Source of the DNA: a virus | Taxonomy: Duplodnaviria; Caudoviricetes | Strand: one strand, 5' to 3' | DNA length: 29,787 bases | IMG/VR virus record: IMGVR_UViG_3300048606_000148 | Span: 1 to 29,787 of that record | Shown here: piece by piece, positions 1 through 8,251 of the stretch | Position numbering within the stretch: position 1 is the stretch's first letter | Layout: each line of letters starts with the position of its first letter | Notes under the pieces: generated by a model | Databases searched by the model: none | Told to the model about the DNA's origin: nothing | What the model saw: only the letters and a program-made list of their open reading frames with translations | Position numbers and translations under genes: made by a program

Positions 1-212
1 CCGGTAAGCCCGACCACGATGTTGGAGCCGCTCGGACCGGTAGCGTCGCCGGCGAGCGCGACGGTTCCGCCGCTGCCAAGCGACGTCCAGATCCCGTTCC
101 TGACAACGTAAAGATCACCGTTCGGGGCGTCTTCGCGCGAGTAAATCGCACCCTCGTACGCGGCCGACGTCGGCGCTCCAACGCCTGCCTTATAGGTGAG
201 AGCGCCGCTCAT
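1..212 (-). CDS. Tail fibre-like protein, 5' part only (runs off left edge)
   Basis: Not in the ORF track. ATG at 212 overlaps the stop of 209..1459 (ATGA). My translation: MSGALTYKAGVGAPTSAAYEGAIYSREDAPNGDLYVVRNGIWTSLGSGGTVALAGDATGPSGSNIVVGLT. Shares the LAGDxTG..GSN.V motif with 1456..2931. Confidence 0.8.
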   Translation of the reverse strand, partial: MSGALTYKAGVGAPTSAAYEGAIYSREDAPNGDLYVVRNGIWTSLGSGGTVALAGDATGPSGSNIVVGLT

Positions 213-1459
213 ACTGCGAAGAGTTCCATGGTCGCACCTCGAGACGTAAGCGGAAGATCCGCGTAAAGGACGTTGCGATCACCAAGCCGAACCTCACGCC
301 CTGGCCCGAGCCCGGCGTTGATGGTCGGCGGCGCACCTAATGTGTATTCGGCGCGGCCAAGCGACTGCACCTCGATGCCGTTTCCGGCGTTGTTCGTGCC
401 CCAGACGTCGCTGCCGAAGTGGAGCACACCGCCTGCTTGCGCGGTGACGCCGTTGCTACCATTGAAGAACCTGGCCGACGTTATCCATCCGACGGCACCT
501 TGCGCTACGATGATGTACGCATCGTCGAACAGCTCGCCGCTTTGCAAGATGGAAATTCCGGGGCCTAGGCCGATGAAATGTGGCGACGCGCTACCCGTGC
601 CTCTTGTCTGCAGATTGGCGTCGAATATCGACCCGCCCGCCACCTTGCGGCCACGCGTAAAAACGTTCTGTACCCCGCGAAGCGTCGGAGCAGCACTGGT
701 GAGGCCGGCTATCTCGCAACGCAAAAGGTTGAAGTGCACCGATTCGCTGGCGATGCCGCCGCTGCGGTAGTAGTTCAGCGCAACGTCATCGGCCCAGGCA
801 ATGCCTAGTCCGCTCATCGTCACAGACCCAAGTACGGTGCTAGCGGCCTGCTTCTTTGCAGATTCAATCCGAAAAATACCCGCTGCGCACGACGGCAGCG
901 AGACGATTTCGAACGGATCGGTCGCCACCGGCACGACGCGTGTGAATCCGTAGCCGGCCTGCTGCGGAGACGCGAGCGCCGAGACCGTTCCGGGGTTGGA
1001 GATCGTTGCCGTGCTGCTGCCCAGATCGTCGTTGATGATCCACGCCGTGCCGGCGCGAGCGCCACCGGTAATGCGCATGAGTTTACGCTCGTAGGGCGCG
1101 AAGCTCGAACCGCCGGTCGTCCACGCCACCGTGATGGTGTCGAGCGTCTGCGCGCCGGCGTTGAAGGCAACAAACGACGTGATCGTGCCTGTAGCCAATA
1201 CGGTTGCGGTGGCACCTTGGATTGTCAGCTGAGCGCCTTCGGCGAGCATCACCTGCGGCATGTAGAGCGGGTCGGTTGCGGAGGACGCTCCTGTGATCGT
1301 GATGGTGGTTGGCTGGCGCAAGGTCCACGTGCCCTTACCGAGTCGGCGGTGAATCTCCTCCTGGTCGCGCAGCGGATGGAGCGCGTCCAGTCCGGTATCG
1401 CGATTGCTCCCCCCGGGGTTAAAGTGCCACGTCGGCTGCCGCTCGTAATAAAGACTCAT
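209..1459 (-). CDS. Putative tailspike/receptor-binding protein with a beta-helix-like C-terminal half
   Basis: 416 aa, ATGA-coupled on both sides. N-terminal WHFNPGGSNRDTG...PL motif of beta-helix tail proteins and C-terminal G/N/I-rich turns (GSNGVTAQAGG, NAGNGIEVQSLG). Confidence 0.65.
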   Translation of the reverse strand: MSLYYERQPTWHFNPGGSNRDTGLDALHPLRDQEEIHRRLGKGTWTLRQPTTITITGASSATDPLYMPQVMLAEGAQLTIQGATATVLATGTITSFVAFNAGAQTLDTITVAWTTGGSSFAPYERKLMRITGGARAGTAWIINDDLGSSTATISNPGTVSALASPQQAGYGFTRVVPVATDPFEIVSLPSCAAGIFRIESAKKQAASTVLGSVTMSGLGIAWADDVALNYYRSGGIASESVHFNLLRCEIAGLTSAAPTLRGVQNVFTRGRKVAGGSIFDANLQTRGTGSASPHFIGLGPGISILQSGELFDDAYIIVAQGAVGWITSARFFNGSNGVTAQAGGVLHFGSDVWGTNNAGNGIEVQSLGRAEYTLGAPPTINAGLGPGREVRLGDRNVLYADLPLTSRGATMELFAV

Positions 1460-2931
1460 GCGGCCCTCTCAAACTTCCAGCGCCATCCGCCCGTTGCCGT
1501 CACGATCTCGCGGCCGTCCGCCGTGCTCGTCGTGTCGGTCTTGTCCAGGTGGTACACGCTCCGCGGACTCTGCACGATGCACATGCACACGTCGGGTAGC
1601 GGCGTCGCCGGGAGCGCCTCCAGCGCCGGGATGTCGGCAACGACCTGGTACCCGGCAATGCTCGGCGGGAGCAGCGTTCCGATCGCGCGTGGCGCCCAGG
1701 CGGCCGTGCCGACATCCCAGCCGAGCAAGTCGTTCGCGACCGCCCCGTCCTGCGCGAGGTACGTCAGCCCCATCTTGTTCGCAAGGGCATTCGCGTTCGC
1801 CAGATCGAGCGGCCCATAGTCGATCGCGCTCGGGCCAGTCACGCGAACGAGCTGCCCGGTCACGAGCCCGCCCGCCGGCGTCCCGACCGCAGCGCCGCGG
1901 AGCGCCATGACGACGAACTGTCCCTCGGTCGTCGGGATCGCGACGTCGCCGCCGGCCGTCACCCAGTTGGCCGCCGGGCCCGTGGCGAACGTCGTCATCA
2001 GCTGCCGGGCCGTGCCAGGCGTCAGAGAGCCCGGACCGAATGTCGCCGGCACCCACGTCGGCACGCCCGCTACCGTCTGAACGATGTAGCCGTTGGTTCC
2101 GGCCGCGAGCTTCGAGATGAAGATCCCCGCGGCTGGGTCGATGTTGGCATTGACGGCCAGCGCATATTCGGTCGCGTTCCCCGCGGCGTTCGTGCGAAGC
2201 ACCGTGTTGGCCGCGCCGAAAGCAACGTTGGCTATCGGCAATCGGCCCACGACCCACCCGGCGCCACCGGCAAGGTTCAGCGCCGAGTAGTTGAGGGCCG
2301 AGGGGCCCGAGACGTAGAGGCCGTTCCCCGTCGTCAGACCACCGGCGGGCGGGACCGTCGCGCCGTGGATGCGTTCGACGACGTTGCTTCCGATGAGTCC
2401 CGTGACGTCGCCGGCGAGTGGGGGGATCTCGTCGACCGTCCCGCCGCTCGCCGCGAGCGCATCGACCATGCGGTTCTGCTCGTCGGCCCAGCCGCGCACC
2501 GCGTACTCGGTCCGCTCCCCCGGCAGCTCCTTGCGGACACCGACGCTGCTGCGCTTGCAGATGATGCGGCTGAAGGTCCACTCGGGGACGACGCGCCCGG
2601 TCGCCGGATCGACGCCGTCGTTGATGATGCAGCGGACCTCGTAGGTGTGGATCGCGCTCGCCGGGAAGGTCGTCGTCACCTGGCCGGTGGGGATCGCCGG
2701 GAGCCCGGTCGCGGGCGCGAGCGTGAGGAGCGGCGCCACACTGCCGGGCACGCCCGAGATGCTGGCCTGCGGGGTGTTGGGGTTCGACGGGCTGTAGACG
2801 AAGTACTGCGTCTTCCAGATGTCGGGGCCCGGGGGGGCCTCGAGCTCGAACGTCAGGACCTGCGACCAGTTGGCGTCGAAGCCACGTGGCTCGGCGGGCG
2901 TGCCATTGATCTTGAATCGCGCCGTCGCCAC
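1456..2931 (-). CDS. Tail fibre protein
   Basis: 491 aa, Gly/Ala/Thr-rich with an internal ~55-aa duplication. C-terminal VADIPALEAL...TADGREIVTATGGWRW resembles tailspike stem domains. Lies downstream of the baseplate genes. Confidence 0.75.
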   Translation of the reverse strand: MATARFKINGTPAEPRGFDANWSQVLTFELEAPPGPDIWKTQYFVYSPSNPNTPQASISGVPGSVAPLLTLAPATGLPAIPTGQVTTTFPASAIHTYEVRCIINDGVDPATGRVVPEWTFSRIICKRSSVGVRKELPGERTEYAVRGWADEQNRMVDALAASGGTVDEIPPLAGDVTGLIGSNVVERIHGATVPPAGGLTTGNGLYVSGPSALNYSALNLAGGAGWVVGRLPIANVAFGAANTVLRTNAAGNATEYALAVNANIDPAAGIFISKLAAGTNGYIVQTVAGVPTWVPATFGPGSLTPGTARQLMTTFATGPAANWVTAGGDVAIPTTEGQFVVMALRGAAVGTPAGGLVTGQLVRVTGPSAIDYGPLDLANANALANKMGLTYLAQDGAVANDLLGWDVGTAAWAPRAIGTLLPPSIAGYQVVADIPALEALPATPLPDVCMCIVQSPRSVYHLDKTDTTSTADGREIVTATGGWRWKFERAA

Positions 2932-2937
2932 CTCGTG

Positions 2938-2968
2938 AAACTAGGGTTCCGACACCCCCCGAGCAGGT
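2938..2968 (-). promoter_or_regulatory. Putative late promoter copy 1 (ACCTG-N20-TAGTTT, 6 nt before GTG 2931)
   Basis: Same motif and spacing as six other module boundaries; no properly spaced Shine-Dalgarno. Confidence 0.65.
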
Positions 2969-3333
2969 TACGCGAGAGGCTGGGGCGTCCCGGGTTCTCC
3001 GGCGATCTTCACGCGCAGTCGGCCAAACCAACGATTGTGGGCGAGCTCGCGCACCATGACGAGGTGTGCTCCCCCCTCGCGCGCGCGGAACGTGATCGAG
3101 CTTGGGCGTGTGCGGGTGAAGAGCCGCTGCACGAACCCCGTGGTGCTCGGCGCCTGCACGACGAGCTCGAGTGGCAGCACGACCCCGTCGGGCGCGCAGC
3201 GGCTGTAGTCGATGTTGACGACGAGCGTCTGGCCGGCGCGCGGCTCGAGGTTACCGTCGTCGAGCCGCAGATCGATCCGGTCCTCGCCGATCGTCTCCGG
3301 GCTGATCTCTTCGAGCAGCGGGGGCAGCGCCAT
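2968..3333 (-). CDS. Small beta-rich (possibly Ig-like) virion protein, 121 aa
   Basis: 3' part of track ORF 2968..3783. True start MALPPLL at 3333 overlaps the upstream stop (TGATG). Confidence 0.75.
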   Translation of the reverse strand: MALPPLLEEISPETIGEDRIDLRLDDGNLEPRAGQTLVVNIDYSRCAPDGVVLPLELVVQAPSTTGFVQRLFTRTRPSSITFRAREGGAHLVMVRELAHNRWFGRLRVKIAGEPGTPQPLA

Positions 3334-3689
3334 CAGGGCTCCACGTCGAAATGGAAGCCGATCCCCCCACCGTTCGCGCGTCGAAAGAGAACGAGGTAGT
3401 GACCGAGCGTCGTCGGCGTAAAGCGTTGGATGCTGGTGTGGGTGGCGTCTGGCGTCATCACCGGCAAGGCCGCCGTTGGATATTCGATGAAGTCGGTCGA
3501 GAAGAGATTGCCGCCGAGCGCACCGTCCGCGGGTCCCTCGACGCCGAAGACCGTCGCTTTCAAGGCGATCTCGATTCCGATCGCCGCCTTCTGGTAGCGG
3601 GGCGGGTGGCCGACCAACGGATTGGTGCGGCTGTCGTTCCACTGCGTGACAGTGGTCCCGGCGGTGATGCGCGCGGTGAAGTTCGGCAT
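3333..3689 (-). CDS. Small beta-rich (possibly Ig-like) virion protein, 118 aa
   Basis: 3' part of track ORF 3333..4910. Start MPNFTAR at 3689 via TGATG overlap. Confidence 0.75.
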   Translation of the reverse strand: MPNFTARITAGTTVTQWNDSRTNPLVGHPPRYQKAAIGIEIALKATVFGVEGPADGALGGNLFSTDFIEYPTAALPVMTPDATHTSIQRFTPTTLGHYLVLFRRANGGGIGFHFDVEP

Positions 3690-4474
3690 CAGAGCGGGCC
3701 GTACTTCTCGTACCAGAAGTCGAAGGCACCGCCCCGGCGCCGGCAGCGCACGGCCTTGATGCCGAGTGGGTCGGACGCGACACCGAAGATGAAGATGTTG
3801 CCGCCAGCGGGGGGGCCGAGGCTCGTCGGATTGATTCGCAACGTGTGGCCGGCGGGCGTGGTGTGCTGCTCCGTCTGACGGAATTCCACTTCGTCGTCGT
3901 TCTCGACGCCGACGTTCGACATCGTATAATCCCGCGCCGACCCCCCAGCCGGCATCATGAAGATGTCGGCTGCCGCTATCTCGACCACCGTATCGGCATC
4001 GGGAAGGTTGGCGCTGCGCCGATGAATGCGCCCTTCGCCTCGGTTGATCATGCGGCCGTCGTTGAAGATGACGCCGGCGTTCTGGAGGCCACCATTGTTC
4101 GTGATGGCGCCCGAGGGGCCCACGATCATCGATGCCCCATCTTCGATCGCAAGGCTTGCCCCGGACGGCACCGTGGCGCTTCCGTTCAGGGTAGCGAGCG
4201 CATTGAAAAGCACCGGGTTGTTGAACGTCCACGCGGTGCCGCTGCCAACGGTCACCGACCCAGCGCCGGTAAAGGCCACCGCGGCCGCGGCAAACTCCGC
4301 GACGGTGCTGAACTTCACGCCGGCCCCGGCGAGCTCGAGCATGACGGCCAGCGTGTAGACGCCGCCGTTCAGCCCATCGATCGCGCGCGACGCGTTCGTG
4401 TCGAGCTGATTCATCTGCGTCGACGTCAGGATTTCGAGGAACGCCCAGCCGAGTGGTTTGACCCTGGTGAACAT
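3689..4474 (-). CDS. Baseplate-proximal tail fibre protein
   Basis: 261 aa. N-terminal FTRVKPLGW...LTSTQMNQLD anchor-like segment followed by G/N/T-rich beta repeats. Follows the gp48-like gene. Confidence 0.7.
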   Translation of the reverse strand: MFTRVKPLGWAFLEILTSTQMNQLDTNASRAIDGLNGGVYTLAVMLELAGAGVKFSTVAEFAAAAVAFTGAGSVTVGSGTAWTFNNPVLFNALATLNGSATVPSGASLAIEDGASMIVGPSGAITNNGGLQNAGVIFNDGRMINRGEGRIHRRSANLPDADTVVEIAAADIFMMPAGGSARDYTMSNVGVENDDEVEFRQTEQHTTPAGHTLRINPTSLGPPAGGNIFIFGVASDPLGIKAVRCRRRGGAFDFWYEKYGPL

Positions 4475-4837
4475 TCAGCGCCACCCCTTGGGCAACTGGT
4501 CGCGGTCGAGCTGGAAGCCGCCGGGGGCATCGCCCTGCTTGCGGAACCGCCACCCCTCCCACGCGGCGGCTTCGCGGTCCTTCTCCGCAAAACCGGGGCG
4601 GTCGCGCTGCTGCACGAGCGTCGCCGTCGAGCTCTCGAAGAAACCGGCCTTCAGCTTCTTGGCGAGCTTGCGCGCGACGAGCCCCTTCAGCGCAACCTTC
4701 ACCTCGTCCTCGTCGACCTCGGCCAACCAAAGCTTTTGTAGCCGCTCGGTGATGAGCGGGATCGTCGCCTTGCCGTGGATGACGAGGAAGTTGCGCACCG
4801 AAATCGCCACGGTGGATTCGTGAAAGCCGGTCGCCAT
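4475..4837 (-). CDS. Hypothetical protein with a winged-helix-like N-terminal pattern
   Basis: 120 aa, abuts the next gene. TIPLITERL...VDEDEVKVALKGLVARKLAKKLKAGFF resembles a wHTH helix-helix-wing. Confidence 0.6.
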   Translation of the reverse strand: MATGFHESTVAISVRNFLVIHGKATIPLITERLQKLWLAEVDEDEVKVALKGLVARKLAKKLKAGFFESSTATLVQQRDRPGFAEKDREAAAWEGWRFRKQGDAPGGFQLDRDQLPKGWR

Positions 4838-4845
4838 CGACTCTC

Positions 4846-4876
4846 GTCATACCGGCGGCGACGCCGTCGGACAGGT
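4846..4876 (-). promoter_or_regulatory. Putative late promoter copy 2 (ACCTG-N20-TATGAC, 8 nt before ATG 4837)
   Basis: Fixed-spacing motif in a 38-nt spacer; last -10 position deviates from T. Confidence 0.55.
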
Positions 4877-5592
4877 CACGACGGTGTAAGGCCGGTCGCG
4901 TCGAGCTCACTCAGGTCGAGAATGAATCCGGCGCTACCGCCGAAGGAGAACTCGTAGGTGATCCAGGACGAGAGGACCTCGTTGAGAAAGCGCTTGGCGT
5001 TCACGACGACGATCTGCTCAACGGCCGTAGGCTCTGGCGTCGCGGTGAGGTCGAGCACCACCGGGATGATGTATTCACTCGCGTAGTTGGGGAAGGCGGT
5101 CGAGGTTCTCCCGCCGCCGAAGAACGGGCCTCCGGCGAGCGGCTCAAAGGCTTTGCCGAGTTCGACGACGACCGACGTCGCGCGCGGGATATCGGGGAGA
5201 AGAAACCGCGGGTCGAGGCTCTGCATCGACAGCAGGAGGCTCGGGTGGTCGGATGCGATCCGCCGGGTGTAGGCCGCCGCGATGGCGATGCGGCGCTCCT
5301 CGTCGGGTGCGCCGCCCCGCGGGGTGATGCGGAAGAGCTCCTCGTACACCGGGATGTGATCGGTCGCGACGTTGGGAAACGCCTGCAAGATCGCCCGCTC
5401 GGCCATCGAGTGAAAGCACGCCAGCGCCTCGGTGCGGACAGCGCGCCAGAGCCCCTCAATGCCGTCCTCGTTCTTGGCGTACCCGCCTTCGCCGACGGCG
5501 CGCTTCAGCGCCTCATAGGTCCGCTCGTCGAGGGTCTCGCCGCCACCGAGCTCGAGCGGCCATGGGTTGTGCCATCCGAATCCGCCCGGCAT
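4876..5592 (-). CDS. Baseplate wedge/tail formation protein (Mu gp48 / P2 gpI-like)
   Basis: 238 aa with AFPNVATDHIPVYEELFRI...DEERRIAIAA pattern, downstream of baseplate J. Confidence 0.75.
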   Translation of the reverse strand: MPGGFGWHNPWPLELGGGETLDERTYEALKRAVGEGGYAKNEDGIEGLWRAVRTEALACFHSMAERAILQAFPNVATDHIPVYEELFRITPRGGAPDEERRIAIAAAYTRRIASDHPSLLLSMQSLDPRFLLPDIPRATSVVVELGKAFEPLAGGPFFGGGRTSTAFPNYASEYIIPVVLDLTATPEPTAVEQIVVVNAKRFLNEVLSSWITYEFSFGGSAGFILDLSELDATGLTPS

Positions 5593-5595
5593 GCG

Positions 5596-6078
5596 TCACC
5601 CGAGATCGACAGAGAACTTCGCGCAGTCTTGCGCGGCGGCCGCGTTGTCCCAGATGCGGATCGTCCCGCTGACGGCGTCTGGGTTGAGCGTCACCTGGCC
5701 GTGCCGGAACGTCGCGCCTTCGCACCGCACGCCGCCCCAGCTGAAGACGAGCGGCTTCGCCTCCGCCTGCTCGTCTGGGTAGCTCGCCAAGTAGACAAAC
5801 GTATACAGGCCCGCACTGGTGCGCGCGGTGACAGGTGCGGCGCCGCCATCGGGCTGGAACGCCGCGGTGTGCTGGGCTAGCGCGAGCACCCCCGCCGTGA
5901 CGGTAAAGACCATCCTGGCCGTCGGCACCATCAGGCCCGACGCGGCGATCTGCCACATCATCAGGTTGCCGATCGTTGCTCCGTCGATCTGCCGGCGAGG
6001 GTCCCGCACCTGCTTGGTGTTCTCGAGCTTCGGCCCGAAGGCCAAGCGGCTGGTGCGAAGCGGAAACCCGAATCCCAT
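5596..6078 (-). CDS. Hypothetical baseplate-region protein
   Basis: 160 aa, GGAG SD upstream, fills the gap between the J-like and gp48-like genes. Confidence 0.75.
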   Translation of the reverse strand: MGFGFPLRTSRLAFGPKLENTKQVRDPRRQIDGATIGNLMMWQIAASGLMVPTARMVFTVTAGVLALAQHTAAFQPDGGAAPVTARTSAGLYTFVYLASYPDEQAEAKPLVFSWGGVRCEGATFRHGQVTLNPDAVSGTIRIWDNAAAAQDCAKFSVDLG

Positions 6079-6088
6079 GTCGTCTCCT

Positions 6089-7711
6089 TTAGGGCAGCTC
6101 GTAGACGCCGAGCTTGCCCAGGATGAGCTTGCGCGGGCCGGTCATGATGTCGGCGGGGACCGCCGGCACGCTCGGCGTCATCGAGTGGAGGAAGGCGTTC
6201 GACAGCGAGGACCCGAGCGCATCGCTGATGGCGGTGATGATGGCCTGCCCGCCCCGCCACGGAGCTTCCTCGGTGGCCTCGGGGAACCGCACGGCGCGAT
6301 CGGCGCGCACGTCGGTTTCGAGGTCGACCGCTTCGCCGGGGCCGAGGCCGTCGTAATAGTCGGCTGCCGCCTGCGCCAGCGCGTCGCGCCTCTTCATCGA
6401 CGGCGAGACGTACGAGCCGACCGTGATGGTGAAGCCGGGCGGCGCGTTGAGAACCACGTCGTAGTTGCTGCTGGCCGCCACGTGAATCACGGACGCGACA
6501 TTGAGCTCCTCGAAGGCGCTCGTGTTTTCGTTCCAGAGCATGAGGTGCGGGGCGTTCAACCCGCTCATACTCAAGGGCGGTTCGACTCCGCCGGGCAGAG
6601 AGGAGTCGGTCCCCCCGGGGCTGTCGGCGCGCATGCGGAAGTGCAGCTGGTCCGTGACCGTCGTGACCGCCGCGGCCGCGCCGCCGGTGACGAAGATCGT
6701 CGGCCAGGTGGCGAAGTCCCGCCACCCGGCGTCGTTGCCCTTGGGCTGCTGTAGCTGCAGGACGACGTGGGAGGCCTGCGGCGCGAACTGCAGCACCACG
6801 ACGAAGGCCCGCTCGGGGACGACTGGGGAGTTCGGCGGCACCAGGTAAGCGGTGGCCGCCGCGAGAGCGCCTGCGCTCGCCATGAGCCCTTGTGGGCCGA
6901 CGCCGGTGCGCTTGCCCGTGATGCAGATCAGCACCGATCCAGCGTTGAACGCGCAGGCGTAAATGTACGCGTCCCGGATCGCATTCGAGGCTTGGCGCGC
7001 CCACCCGCGGAAATGACTGTTGTTGCCGGCGCCAGGCTTGTGCGCAACGCGGGCGCGGAGACGCGACGCGTAGGCAGCGTCGTCCTCGGCGGGGACGCCA
7101 CCGGTGAAGGTTGTCGTGGTCGTGCAGGTGGGAAGCGCTCCGAGCGGCGGGTTCTCCCACGACAGAACCGTCCCGTTCGCAGCGTTGGTCTGCGGGCCGA
7201 CGTCGATCCCGATGAAGGTAAGGGCGGCGACGCCGCTCACCGGGGTCGCGACCGTCGTCAGCACCTGGTAGCGGTTGCCCTGGGCGTCACGGGCCACGTG
7301 CGCCGCCGGGTCCGGCACCGTCGTCGAGCCGATGAAGATCGTCCCTGTGGACGCCGACGCATCCGCGGGGCCGCTACCGGCGAACGCCGGCAACGGGTCC
7401 GGGTTCTCAGGTTCCCAAAGCCGACCGTGGTAGCCAACGAGCCAGGAGTGCGACGCGCGGTCCAGCCTCACCTGATCGGCCAGCCAAAGAGCGCGCGCTT
7501 GCTCGGCCTGCCCGAGGAGGTCGATCGCCTCGGCCTCGCGCCAGAAGCGGCCGCCTTGCTGCACGGCGCGCCGTGTCTCGTCCTCGGTGAACAGTACGCC
7601 GGTCTCGGGGTTGACCAGCTGCCGCAGTCCGATCCGGAACTGCGCCAGGAGCTCGTCGCGCTTTTGGCCCCGGGCGAAGACGACGAAGGCGCGTTCGGTG
7701 GCGATCGTCAC
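6089..7711 (-). CDS. Baseplate J-like wedge protein (Mu gp47 / P2 gpJ)
   Basis: 540 aa. FTGGVPAEDDAAYASRLRARVAHKPGAGNNSHFRGWA matches the baseplate J core motif. Confidence 0.92.
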   Translation of the reverse strand: MTIATERAFVVFARGQKRDELLAQFRIGLRQLVNPETGVLFTEDETRRAVQQGGRFWREAEAIDLLGQAEQARALWLADQVRLDRASHSWLVGYHGRLWEPENPDPLPAFAGSGPADASASTGTIFIGSTTVPDPAAHVARDAQGNRYQVLTTVATPVSGVAALTFIGIDVGPQTNAANGTVLSWENPPLGALPTCTTTTTFTGGVPAEDDAAYASRLRARVAHKPGAGNNSHFRGWARQASNAIRDAYIYACAFNAGSVLICITGKRTGVGPQGLMASAGALAAATAYLVPPNSPVVPERAFVVVLQFAPQASHVVLQLQQPKGNDAGWRDFATWPTIFVTGGAAAAVTTVTDQLHFRMRADSPGGTDSSLPGGVEPPLSMSGLNAPHLMLWNENTSAFEELNVASVIHVAASSNYDVVLNAPPGFTITVGSYVSPSMKRRDALAQAAADYYDGLGPGEAVDLETDVRADRAVRFPEATEEAPWRGGQAIITAISDALGSSLSNAFLHSMTPSVPAVPADIMTGPRKLILGKLGVYELP

Positions 7712-8151
7712 GGCGTCACCCGTGCGGCCCGGAGGTCCTTCGGGCGCGCGCGCAGGTTCTTGAACTGCACGACCACGTCGGCGTAGTCGTGGTTTTGGTC
7801 GGCCACCGCGTCGACGCTGATGACGCGGATGTCCTGGTTTTCCGACAGACGCGCGAGGGCGCGCCGGGCTTCCCCGTCGATGAGCGATGCCGCAGCGTCG
7901 TCGACCTTCTTGATGTCGGCGAACCGCTGTCCGTCATTGCGCACAGCAGCGCCGGACCCCCGCTTGATCTTCATCGCGTCGAGGACTTGCGCGTCGATCG
8001 GGTCTATCCCTTTGAGGATCGACAGGTATTCGCCCGTATGCGGATCGATGGCGTCGGCAAGGATCCCTGGCGGCCGGCCCGGATCGTCGAACAGCTGGGG
8101 AACGAATGCCCCTGCTGGCGTGACGCCGGCGGGGGGGATGTAGGGAGGCAC
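7708..8151 (-). CDS. Baseplate wedge/sheath initiator (Mu gp46 / gp25-like)
   Basis: 147 aa immediately before baseplate J with GTGA overlap; EARRALARLSENQDIRVISVD pattern. Confidence 0.7.
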   Translation of the reverse strand: MPPYIPPAGVTPAGAFVPQLFDDPGRPPGILADAIDPHTGEYLSILKGIDPIDAQVLDAMKIKRGSGAAVRNDGQRFADIKKVDDAAASLIDGEARRALARLSENQDIRVISVDAVADQNHDYADVVVQFKNLRARPKDLRAARVTP

Positions 8152-8157
8152 CGCCCG

Positions 8158-8188
8158 ACTCTACGGGCGACGCCCGCTCCGTTCAGGT
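8158..8188 (-). promoter_or_regulatory. Putative late promoter copy 3 (ACCTG-N20-TAGAGT, 6 nt before GTG 8151)
   Basis: Aligns without gaps to copy 1; no SD. Confidence 0.65.
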
Positions 8189-8239
8189 ACGGGGAAGCGC
8201 TGAACAGCGGGACCGCTGGCGCTCCTCGCGCGCGACCCC

Positions 8240-8245
8240 TACGAT
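8240..8245 (+). promoter_or_regulatory. Putative -10 element (TACGAT) of a leaderless lipoprotein transcript
   Basis: TAnnnT 6 nt before GTG 8252, without the ACCTG box of the minus-strand motif. Confidence 0.45.
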
Positions 8246-8251
8246 GGGTGG

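Noticed and set aside
1-4474. Diversity-generating retroelement or invertible tail-fibre cassette
   Set aside because: No reverse transcriptase, invertase or near-identical nucleotide repeat pair is visible in the window; sequence beyond the left edge cannot be assessed
1469-4910. Long alternative-frame minus ORFs 1469..3031, 2968..3783 and 3333..4910
   Set aside because: Arg-rich off-frame shadows; only the 3' segments starting at 3333 and 3689 look like real genes
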